A stretch of 32,000 nt of DNA from an uncultured Actinomycetota bacterium (GTDB lineage Bacteria > Actinomycetota > Actinomycetes > Propionibacteriales > Nocardioidaceae). Each line of letters begins with the position of its first letter. Position 1 is the stretch's first letter. Positions 16,037 to 23,220 of this stretch are shown one piece after another. A model generated the notes under the pieces. That model was not told the origin of the DNA. It searched no databases and worked only from the letters and a program-made list of their open reading frames with translations. The DNA is taken from assembly GCA_963760105.1 (NCBI GenBank), contig CAVXBP010000014.1:56787-88786 (forward strand), written 5' to 3'. The position numbers and the translations under genes are program-made.

Positions 16037-17833
16037 ATGACGTCGACCATCCCAAGTCCCAGCAGCAGGAGCGTCAACAAAGATGGCCTGGTCGAGATGG
16101 CGTGGGACCCCATCACCCGCATCGTCGGCAGCCTCGGCATCTACACCAAGATCGACTTCGAGAACAAGACGGTCGTGGAGTGCCACAGCACGAGCTCGAT
16201 CTTCCGTGGCTACTCGATCTTCATGAAGGGCAAGGACCCTCGCGACGCGCACTTCATCACGAGCCGCATCTGTGGCATCTGCGGTGACAACCACGCCACC
16301 TGCTCCTGTTACGCGCAGAACATGGCCTACGGCGTCAAGCCGCCGAACATCGCGGAGTGGATCGTCAACCTCGGCGAGGCCGCCGAATACATGTTCGACC
16401 ACAACATCTTCCAGGAGAACCTGGTCGGCGTTGACTACTGCGAAAAGATGGTCTCCGAGACCAACCCCGAGGTGCTTGAGCTGGCCAACAACACGCCAGC
16501 ACCGCACGGCGGTGATCACGGTTACAAGACGATCGGCGACATCATGCGCTCGCTCAACCCGTTCACGGGGGAGTTCTATCGCGAGGCGCTCGTGGTCAGC
16601 CGCTACACGCGCGAGATGTTCTGCCTGATGGAGGGCCGCCACGTTCACCCGTCGACCCTCTACCCGGGCGGAGTGGGCACGGTCGCGACGATCCAGCTGA
16701 TGACCGACTACATCACGAGGCTCATGCGCTACGTGGAGTTCATGAAGAAGGTCGTTCCGATGCACGACGACCTGTTCGACTTCTTCTACGAGGCGCTCCC
16801 GGGCTACGAGCAGGTGGGCAACCGCCGCATCCTCCTTGCGTGCTGGGGCTCCTTCCAGGATCCCGATCACTGCAACTTCGACTACAAGGACATGACCAAC
16901 TGGGGTCGCAAGATGTATGTCACGCCGGGCGTCGTGGTCGATGGCAAGCTCGTCACGACCGACCTGGTGGAGATCAACCTCGGCATCCGCATCCTGCTTG
17001 GATCGTCCTACTACGACGACTGGGAGGACCAGGAGACATTCGTCAAGAACGACCCGCTGGGCAACCCGGTCGACCGTCGCCACCCGTGGAACCAGCACAC
17101 CAACCCCAAGCCGCAGAAGCGCGACCTCGATGGGGGCAAGTACTCCTGGGTCATGTCGCCGCGCTGGTTCGACGGCAAGGACTACCTCGCGCTCGACACC
17201 GGTGGTGGACCGTTGGCGCGCCTGTGGTCCACCGCCCTCGCCGAGCTGGTGGACATCGGCTACGTGCAGTCCACCGGGCACAGCGTCAAGATCAACCTGC
17301 CCAAGACCTCGCTCAAGCCCCCGATGGAGCTGGAGTGGAAGGTCCCACGGTGGAGCAACACGATCGAGCGCAACCGCGCCCGCACCTACTTCCAGGCCTA
17401 CGCGGCGGCGTGTGCCCTGCACTTCGCGGAGAAGGCACTCGAGGAGATTCGGGCCGGTCGCACCAAGACTTGGGAAAAGTTCGAGGTGCCGGACGAGGGC
17501 ATTGGCTGTGGCTTCACGGAGGCAGTTCGCGGCGTTCTGAGCCACCACCTGGTCATCCGGGACGGCAAGATCGCCAACTACCACCCCTATCCGCCGACTC
17601 CGTGGAACGCCAACCCGCGCGACTCCTACGGCACCCCCGGTCCGTACGAGGACGCGGTCCAAGGCCAGCCGATCTTCGAGAAGAACGACCGCGAGCACTT
17701 CAAGGGCATCGACATCATGCGTACGGTGCGCAGTTTCGACCCGTGTCTGCCCTGCGGTGTGCACATGTACCTCGGAGAAGGACAGACCCTCGAGAGACTG
17801 CACTCGCCGACGCAGTCTGCCGGCACCGAATAG
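16037..17833 (+). CDS. hhyL: [NiFe]-hydrogenase large subunit, group 1h/5 (high-affinity, actinobacterial type)
   Basis: L1 TSRICGICGDNH and L2 SFDPCLPCGVH match the published group 5 signatures exactly. Length is 598 aa. A 22-aa extension follows the terminal His, which is the protease substrate. Confidence 0.95.
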   Translation: MTSTIPSPSSRSVNKDGLVEMAWDPITRIVGSLGIYTKIDFENKTVVECHSTSSIFRGYSIFMKGKDPRDAHFITSRICGICGDNHATCSCYAQNMAYGVKPPNIAEWIVNLGEAAEYMFDHNIFQENLVGVDYCEKMVSETNPEVLELANNTPAPHGGDHGYKTIGDIMRSLNPFTGEFYREALVVSRYTREMFCLMEGRHVHPSTLYPGGVGTVATIQLMTDYITRLMRYVEFMKKVVPMHDDLFDFFYEALPGYEQVGNRRILLACWGSFQDPDHCNFDYKDMTNWGRKMYVTPGVVVDGKLVTTDLVEINLGIRILLGSSYYDDWEDQETFVKNDPLGNPVDRRHPWNQHTNPKPQKRDLDGGKYSWVMSPRWFDGKDYLALDTGGGPLARLWSTALAELVDIGYVQSTGHSVKINLPKTSLKPPMELEWKVPRWSNTIERNRARTYFQAYAAACALHFAEKALEEIRAGRTKTWEKFEVPDEGIGCGFTEAVRGVLSHHLVIRDGKIANYHPYPPTPWNANPRDSYGTPGPYEDAVQGQPIFEKNDREHFKGIDIMRTVRSFDPCLPCGVHMYLGEGQTLERLHSPTQSAGTE

Positions 17834-17840
17834 GTTCGCG

Positions 17841-18764
17841 ATGACGCAGCACGAGCTGCTTGATCACGGACCGGACCTGAGCCAGACCGGCGAGCGCATC
17901 GACGCCCTTCTCACCGCCAGCGCGACCGGCGGGACCGTCGCCCGCGAACGAGCCGAAGAGCTCGTTCGGCTCGTCACCGATCTCTACGGGGCGGGGCTCG
18001 AGCGCATGATGGAGATCTTGTACGAGACCGGCCGCCTCGGTGACGACCTTTTGGCAGCCTTGGCCGGCGATGAGCTCGTCTCGGGCCTGATGCTGGTTCA
18101 CGGGCTTCACCCCTACAGCGTGATCCAACGCGTCGAGGATGCCCTCGAAGAGGTTCGCCCCTACCTCGGGACGCACGGCGGAGATGTCGAGCTGCTCGAC
18201 GTGACCGACGAGGGCGTTGTGCACCTGCGTCTGCTCGGCAGCTGTGACGGGTGTCCCTCGTCATCGGTCACGCTGAGTCTCGCCGTCGAAGGCGCCATCA
18301 TGGCTGCGGCACCCGAGGTGATCTCGATCGACGTCGAGGAGGCCACCGCATCAACGCAGGAGTCGAACGGCGTGATCTCGGTCGACTCGTTGATGTCGCG
18401 GCTCAAGGTCGACACCCCCACGGGCGCCGACTGGCATGTCCTGCCTGAGCTCTCCGCCGGCGAGGTGTCGTCGGTCGCCGTTGGCGGTCTGCAGCTGCTG
18501 GTGTGCCGCATCGCGTCTGACCTGTTCGCGTTCGTCGACCGTTGCGCCAGGTGTGAAGCAAGTCTCGCGGACGGATCGCTCGCGCGGCGCCTCGGCGGTG
18601 GCATCGGCGATGCGCTGCTCAAGTGTCCGTCGTGTCAGGTGCACTACGACGTACGCAAGGCAGGGTCGTGCGTCGACATCCCTGAGCTGCACCTCAAGCC
18701 CTTGCCCGTGCTTGCCGATGGCGGCATCATCTCGGTGGCAGTTCCGGCGACTGAGGTGGCATGA
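17841..18764 (+). CDS. Hydrogenase-associated FeS protein: NifU-like domain plus Rieske-fold-like 4-Cys C-terminal domain (HhyE-like)
   Basis: NifU C-terminal-type segment VRPYLGTHGGDVELLDV...LLGSCDGCPSS. The C-terminal domain has CARC-x23-CPSC where a Rieske protein has CxH...CxxH. It starts 7 nt after the hhyL stop. Confidence 0.7.
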   Translation: MTQHELLDHGPDLSQTGERIDALLTASATGGTVARERAEELVRLVTDLYGAGLERMMEILYETGRLGDDLLAALAGDELVSGLMLVHGLHPYSVIQRVEDALEEVRPYLGTHGGDVELLDVTDEGVVHLRLLGSCDGCPSSSVTLSLAVEGAIMAAAPEVISIDVEEATASTQESNGVISVDSLMSRLKVDTPTGADWHVLPELSAGEVSSVAVGGLQLLVCRIASDLFAFVDRCARCEASLADGSLARRLGGGIGDALLKCPSCQVHYDVRKAGSCVDIPELHLKPLPVLADGGIISVAVPATEVA

Positions 18765-19417
18765 GCACGCCGGGCCGCGGGCAGTCTCCGCTGGCGAGTT
18801 TGCGGCGCATCTCCACGACCAGACCAGCACCGACGGCCGACGAACGGTGCGAGATGTGCGCCAAGTCGATCGGCCACGACCATCAGCACGTCGTGGGGCT
18901 CGAGAGCCGAACCCTGATGTGCACCTGCAGGCCGTGCTACCTGTTGTTCACCGAGCAGGACGCCAACATCCGCTACAAGGCGGTGCCCGATCGCTACCTG
19001 AGCTTCCCCGACTTCGCGTTCGATCAGGGTGCGTGGGACGACCTGCAGATTCCGGTCGGGTTGGCCTTCATCTTCCGCAACTCGGTCGAGGATCGCGTGG
19101 TGGCGTTCTATCCGAGTCCGGCCGGCGCAACGGAGTCTGAGCTGTCGTTGGAGGCCTGGGACCGGATGGTCTCGACCAACCCGCAGTTTGATCTTTTGCT
19201 CTCGGACGTCGAGGCGCTGCTGATCTATCGCGGCGATCACGGCCGAGGCGACTTTCATTGCGCTCTCGTCCCGATCGACATCTGCTACGAGCTCGTCGGC
19301 ACGATGCGGATGACATGGCGTGGCTTCGACGGTGGGTCGGAGGCCCACGCCGCGATGGATGAGTTCTTCGCGACGGTCGAGGGCCGCAGCAAGCTGGCGC
19401 CGGCGGTGTCGGTATGA
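18761..19417 (+). CDS. Conserved hydrogenase-cluster protein of unknown function with an N-terminal Cys/His metal motif (DUF5947-like from memory)
   Basis: 218 aa with CEMC...GHDHQH...CTCRPC. ATGA overlaps at both ends. Confidence 0.6.
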   Translation: MSTPGRGQSPLASLRRISTTRPAPTADERCEMCAKSIGHDHQHVVGLESRTLMCTCRPCYLLFTEQDANIRYKAVPDRYLSFPDFAFDQGAWDDLQIPVGLAFIFRNSVEDRVVAFYPSPAGATESELSLEAWDRMVSTNPQFDLLLSDVEALLIYRGDHGRGDFHCALVPIDICYELVGTMRMTWRGFDGGSEAHAAMDEFFATVEGRSKLAPAVSV

Positions 19418-20055
19418 GTCGCTACGAGTTCAGCATCCTCGACGTGTTTGCGGAGCCGTACGCCGCGACGCCGCAGCTGACTGCGCGCCTGCGCATCCAG
19501 GAGGACACCGGCACGATCGTGCATGCCATTGCGCTGCGCTGCCAGGTGCGCATCGATCCGCAGCGACGCGGCTACGACGACGATGAGGCCACCGATCTGC
19601 GGGCCCTGTTCGGTTCGCGTGAACGGTGGTCGGACACCCTGCGTCCGTTCCTGTGGATGCAGTGCAGCACCACGGTCCAGGGATTCTCCGGCGTCACCGA
19701 GGTCGACCTGCCGATGCCGTCAACCTACGACTTCGATGTCGTCGGGTCCCGCTACATGCACGCCGTTGGCGAAGGTGCCGTGCCGCTGTCGTTCATGTTC
19801 TCGGGTGTCGTGTTCACCAAGGGAACCAACGGTTTCGCGGTCGAGCAGGTGCCGTGGGACTGCGACACGAGTTACCAGATGCCGGTGGCTGTCTGGCGAC
19901 AGATGATCGAGATGTACTACCCGGGCACCGGCTGGATGCGTCTTGATCACGACGTGATGTCGGCTGTGAGCGCCTATCGGACCGACCATGGTCTGACTTC
20001 CTGGGAAGAGACGCTCAACCACCTGCTCGAGGCGCGCAGGGAGGTCCCATCATGA
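19414..20055 (+). CDS. Conserved hydrogenase-cluster protein of unknown function (DUF6084-like from memory)
   Basis: 213 aa with coding-like composition. ATGA overlaps at both ends. Confidence 0.55.
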   Translation: MSRYEFSILDVFAEPYAATPQLTARLRIQEDTGTIVHAIALRCQVRIDPQRRGYDDDEATDLRALFGSRERWSDTLRPFLWMQCSTTVQGFSGVTEVDLPMPSTYDFDVVGSRYMHAVGEGAVPLSFMFSGVVFTKGTNGFAVEQVPWDCDTSYQMPVAVWRQMIEMYYPGTGWMRLDHDVMSAVSAYRTDHGLTSWEETLNHLLEARREVPS

Positions 20056-21476
20056 AGCTCGACCTGGCCCGATCAGTCGCCGATGCGGTGCTCTACGAGG
20101 GCTACCTCCTCTACCCCTACCGAGCGAGCTCGAGCAAGAACCAGTCGCGCTGGCAGTTCGGCGTCGTCAGCCCGGCGGACGCGGAGGCCCGCGGGCTGGG
20201 CGAGGCGTCGTCGATGTCGATGCAGTGCCTCGTCGCGGGTGAGCTCGACGCCGACGCATCATTCGTGCTGCACGTGCGTTTCCTTCAGCTGCAACGTCGT
20301 CAGGCGCTCAACACAGCCGGACAACCTGTCGCGGAGATCGTCCTGGGTGACACGACCTGGATGAGCTGGGACGAAGCCGTTGACCAAGAAGTTTCGTTCA
20401 CGATCGCGGCATCTGAGCTTGCCAACGGGGTGAGCCTGCAGGTCGAGGTGGCTGCGGGCGAAGACCTCGAACCACTGGTGGATGGGTCGGGCGTGACCGC
20501 CGGTACGATCGCGCGCCGCCGCCAGCCCATCTCGGCCGAAGTCCGCGTCGGCATGGAGCCGGTCGACGGGTTGCAGCGCCTCAGCCTCGAGCTCGAGAAC
20601 GTCAAGGCGGGCCCGACGATCGACAAGAACGATGCGATCGCACACTCACTGATCGGCACCCACGTCATCATCGAGGCCCACGGACCGACATTCGTCTCGC
20701 TCCTGGAGCCGCCCGACGACGTGAGCGCCGCTGTCGCGGCCGGCTGCGAGCAACGCAGATGCTGGCCAGTCCTCGGCGGAGCGCCCGGCGACACCGACCT
20801 CCTACTCGGCCTGCCGATCATCTTGTACGACTATCCCGAGATCGCCGAGCAGAGCACAGGTGCGTTGTTCGACTCGACCGAGATCGACGAGATCCTGACC
20901 CTGCGCGTGATGACCATGACCGACGAGGAGAAGGCGGAAGCCCGGGCCACCGACCCACGAGCTCGCGAGATCATCGATCGCTGCGACGAGATGTCGCCCG
21001 AGTCGATGCAGGCCATGCACGGCATCCTGCGCGATCCCGGTGCGCTCGACGGCGCAGCGCCGTCGCCGATTGCTGAGCCCGACTGGCCCGTGCTCAGCGA
21101 CATACGCGACCTCGATCCGCCCAGCTTCGAGACCGGGGACTCTCCGTGGTGGGACCCCGAGCAGGATGCCGCCGTCGCCCCCGAGACCGATGCTGTCGTC
21201 ATCGACGGAGTCACCGTCGCCAAGGACAGCCTGGTGCGGGTGCACCCCAACCGGCGCGCCGATGCGCACGACATGTTCTTCGACGGTCAGATTGCCAAGG
21301 TCACTGCTGTGCTGAGCGATGTGGACGGGGGCACGCACCTGGCCGTCGTGCTGGTCGACGACCCGGCCGCCGACATGCACGAGTGGTACGGCCGCTACCT
21401 CTACTTCGCGCCGGACGAGCTCGAGCCCATGCCGATCGACTACGCCCACAACGCAAGAGAGGAGATTCGCCCATGA
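20052..21476 (+). CDS. Conserved hydrogenase-cluster protein of unknown function, 474 aa, acidic
   Basis: Long ORF, ATGA-coupled at both ends. N-terminus LYEGYLLYPYRASSSKNQSRWQFGVV. No catalytic motif was recognised. Confidence 0.6.
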   Translation: MKLDLARSVADAVLYEGYLLYPYRASSSKNQSRWQFGVVSPADAEARGLGEASSMSMQCLVAGELDADASFVLHVRFLQLQRRQALNTAGQPVAEIVLGDTTWMSWDEAVDQEVSFTIAASELANGVSLQVEVAAGEDLEPLVDGSGVTAGTIARRRQPISAEVRVGMEPVDGLQRLSLELENVKAGPTIDKNDAIAHSLIGTHVIIEAHGPTFVSLLEPPDDVSAAVAAGCEQRRCWPVLGGAPGDTDLLLGLPIILYDYPEIAEQSTGALFDSTEIDEILTLRVMTMTDEEKAEARATDPRAREIIDRCDEMSPESMQAMHGILRDPGALDGAAPSPIAEPDWPVLSDIRDLDPPSFETGDSPWWDPEQDAAVAPETDAVVIDGVTVAKDSLVRVHPNRRADAHDMFFDGQIAKVTAVLSDVDGGTHLAVVLVDDPAADMHEWYGRYLYFAPDELEPMPIDYAHNAREEIRP

Positions 21477-21592
21477 GAACAGTTGGCCTCATCACCACAG
21501 GCGTCGGAGTCGTGATCCTCGCGGCCGCCGTGATCGTCCTGCTGATGTCACTTTCCGACATCTCTCGTTACCTCAAGATCCGCAAGATGTGA
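21473..21592 (+). CDS. 39-aa single-pass membrane peptide
   Basis: MRTVGLITTGVGVVILAAAVIVLLMSLSDISRYLKIRKM. ATG 21473 overlaps the upstream stop (ATGA). AGAGAGGAG lies 7-15 nt upstream. One hydrophobic helix is followed by a basic tail. Confidence 0.55.
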   Translation: MRTVGLITTGVGVVILAAAVIVLLMSLSDISRYLKIRKM

Positions 21593-21622
21593 CTTCTCCC
21601 AACAGATGAAGGTGGATGAACC

Positions 21623-22120
21623 CTGAGCATCTCGATCCTGGTTGCCGGTATCGGCAACATCTTCCTCAGCGACGACGGCTTCGGCTCCGAAGTCGCCCGG
21701 CTGCTGCTCGCGGACGCCTCGGACCTGCCCGACGGCGTCGAGGTGGTCGACTACGGCATCCGGGGCATGCACCTCGCATACGACCTGCTCGACGGTTGTG
21801 AGGCACTCGTCATCGTTGACGTGCTTCCTGGAGACGGGGCGCCGGGTGATGTCGTCGTGATGAGCGTCGGCCCCGATGACATCGGAACCGGCGAGCTCGA
21901 CGCTCATGGCATGGATCCCCTCGCGGTGCTCGGCAGTCTGCAGGCACTCGGCGGCACCCTCCCTCCCACCTATGTCGTCGGGTGCCAGCCTGCCAACCTC
22001 GACGAGGGCATGGGCCTCAGCACCGAGGTGGCCGCGGCGGTGCCGGTTGCCATCGACGCCGTCCTGCGCGTCATCCGCGAGCGCATTCACACCCCAACCA
22101 CCCAGATGAGTGAGGCCTGA
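21623..22120 (+). CDS. hupD: [NiFe]-hydrogenase maturation endopeptidase (HupD/HybD/HyaD family); start unresolved
   Basis: ILVAGIGNIFLSDDGFGSEV...VDYGIRGMHLAYDLL...DAHGMDP. The conserved N-terminus lies upstream of the first ATG/GTG in frame (21743). Candidates are CTG 21623, 6 nt after GAAGGTGGA, or ATG 21616 if one C of CCC 21621-21623 is spurious. Confidence 0.8.
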   Translation: MSISILVAGIGNIFLSDDGFGSEVARLLLADASDLPDGVEVVDYGIRGMHLAYDLLDGCEALVIVDVLPGDGAPGDVVVMSVGPDDIGTGELDAHGMDPLAVLGSLQALGGTLPPTYVVGCQPANLDEGMGLSTEVAAAVPVAIDAVLRVIRERIHTPTTQMSEA

Positions 22121-22122
22121 TC

Positions 22123-22386
22123 ATGTGTCTTGGCATACCGGGACAAATTGTCGAAATCGTGGAGGGCTTCGCCGATCAACTTGCCCTCGTCGACGTCGAG
22201 GGCGCGAAACGCAAGATCAACATCGGCATGCTCGAGGAGAAGCCGGTGGCCGGCGACTGGATCCTGATCCACATGGGGTTCGCATTGGAGCTGATCGACG
22301 AGACGAAGGCCGAAGAGGCCATCACAGGGCTGGAGATGATGGGACAAGCGCGCGAGGACGCGGAGCCGGAGGTGCGCCGTGGCTGA
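22123..22386 (+). CDS. hypC: Hydrogenase assembly chaperone HypC/HupF
   Basis: MCLGIPGQIVEI N-terminus with the essential Cys2, and GDWILIHMGFA. Length is 87 aa. Confidence 0.9.
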   Translation: MCLGIPGQIVEIVEGFADQLALVDVEGAKRKINIGMLEEKPVAGDWILIHMGFALELIDETKAEEAITGLEMMGQAREDAEPEVRRG

Positions 22387-23206
22387 CACGATGATCCGCC
22401 CTCCCCGCGTGCCCGTGTCAGGCCCCGTGCTGTTCGCGCGTTATGCCTTTCCGCCCAACTCGCACGGTTACTGCGGCCCCGCAGATCACGGGTCCTTCTT
22501 TGAACAGAGCGCCGTGGGTGCGGCAGCCGGCACGGTGAGCAGCGACGTCGACACGGGATTGAGGCACCTGTCCCAGCAGTTCGAAGGTGCCTGGCCATAC
22601 CTTCAACTCATCGCGGCGGAGCTCGGAATCGATGATCCGCTGGACCGCCGTGTCGTCGACGCCTACTGGGTCGGCAATTCGCGTCTCAACCAGGTCTCGA
22701 CCCGCGCCATCGGCGACTCGATGGAAGAACGGTTCCGTTTCCGCGCCGGGCCCGGATTCGATGCCCTCACAGACAGTGTGGTCGCCGGCGGGGTGCCGCA
22801 CCACAGTTTCGTCGTGTTCTGCATCTACCCGTGGACCGGACTGCTCAGCGACGGTCGAAAGGCTGAGCAGGCGCTGACTGTGCTTGACCAGTGCCGCATC
22901 CGCTGGGGCAAGGTGATCGCCGTCCAAGGTGACCAGGTGGTCGTCGAGTCGACCCCCCTCGTGTGGGACGGACACCTCCTCGCACTGGGTGACCGGATCA
23001 CCGAAACCGTCACCCGCGCCGTCGATGGCACCAGCCTGATAGGTGACGTCATGCCCGGTGACTGGGTCTCCCTGCACTGGGAGTGGGTCTGCGACGTGTT
23101 GAGCCAGCGTCAGGTCCGTTACCTCCGCGACTTCACGGTGCGTCACCTGCGCATCGTCAATGAAGGCAATTTGCACAAAGGACCGAGCGCCCTCCTGGGC
23201 ACCTGA
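22379..23206 (+). CDS. Unknown hydrogenase-cluster protein with a HypC-like C-terminal domain (DUF6390-like from memory)
   Basis: 275 aa with N-terminal FPPNSHGYCGP. Residues ~172-240 (CRIRWGKVIAV...GDWVSLHWEW) parallel HypC's CLGIPGQIVEI...GDWILIHMGF. The start is GTG 22379 (8-nt overlap with hypC) or ATG 22391. Confidence 0.6.
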   Translation: MADTMIRPPRVPVSGPVLFARYAFPPNSHGYCGPADHGSFFEQSAVGAAAGTVSSDVDTGLRHLSQQFEGAWPYLQLIAAELGIDDPLDRRVVDAYWVGNSRLNQVSTRAIGDSMEERFRFRAGPGFDALTDSVVAGGVPHHSFVVFCIYPWTGLLSDGRKAEQALTVLDQCRIRWGKVIAVQGDQVVVESTPLVWDGHLLALGDRITETVTRAVDGTSLIGDVMPGDWVSLHWEWVCDVLSQRQVRYLRDFTVRHLRIVNEGNLHKGPSALLGT

Positions 23207-23220
23207 CGAAAGGAAAAGCG

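Noticed and set aside
15236-17803. 855-aa ORF on the minus strand spanning hhyS and hhyL
   Set aside because: It is an antisense shadow ORF typical of high-GC DNA. It is Arg/Ala/Gly/Val/Asp-rich with no recognisable motif. The plus strand encodes proteins with exact hydrogenase signatures.
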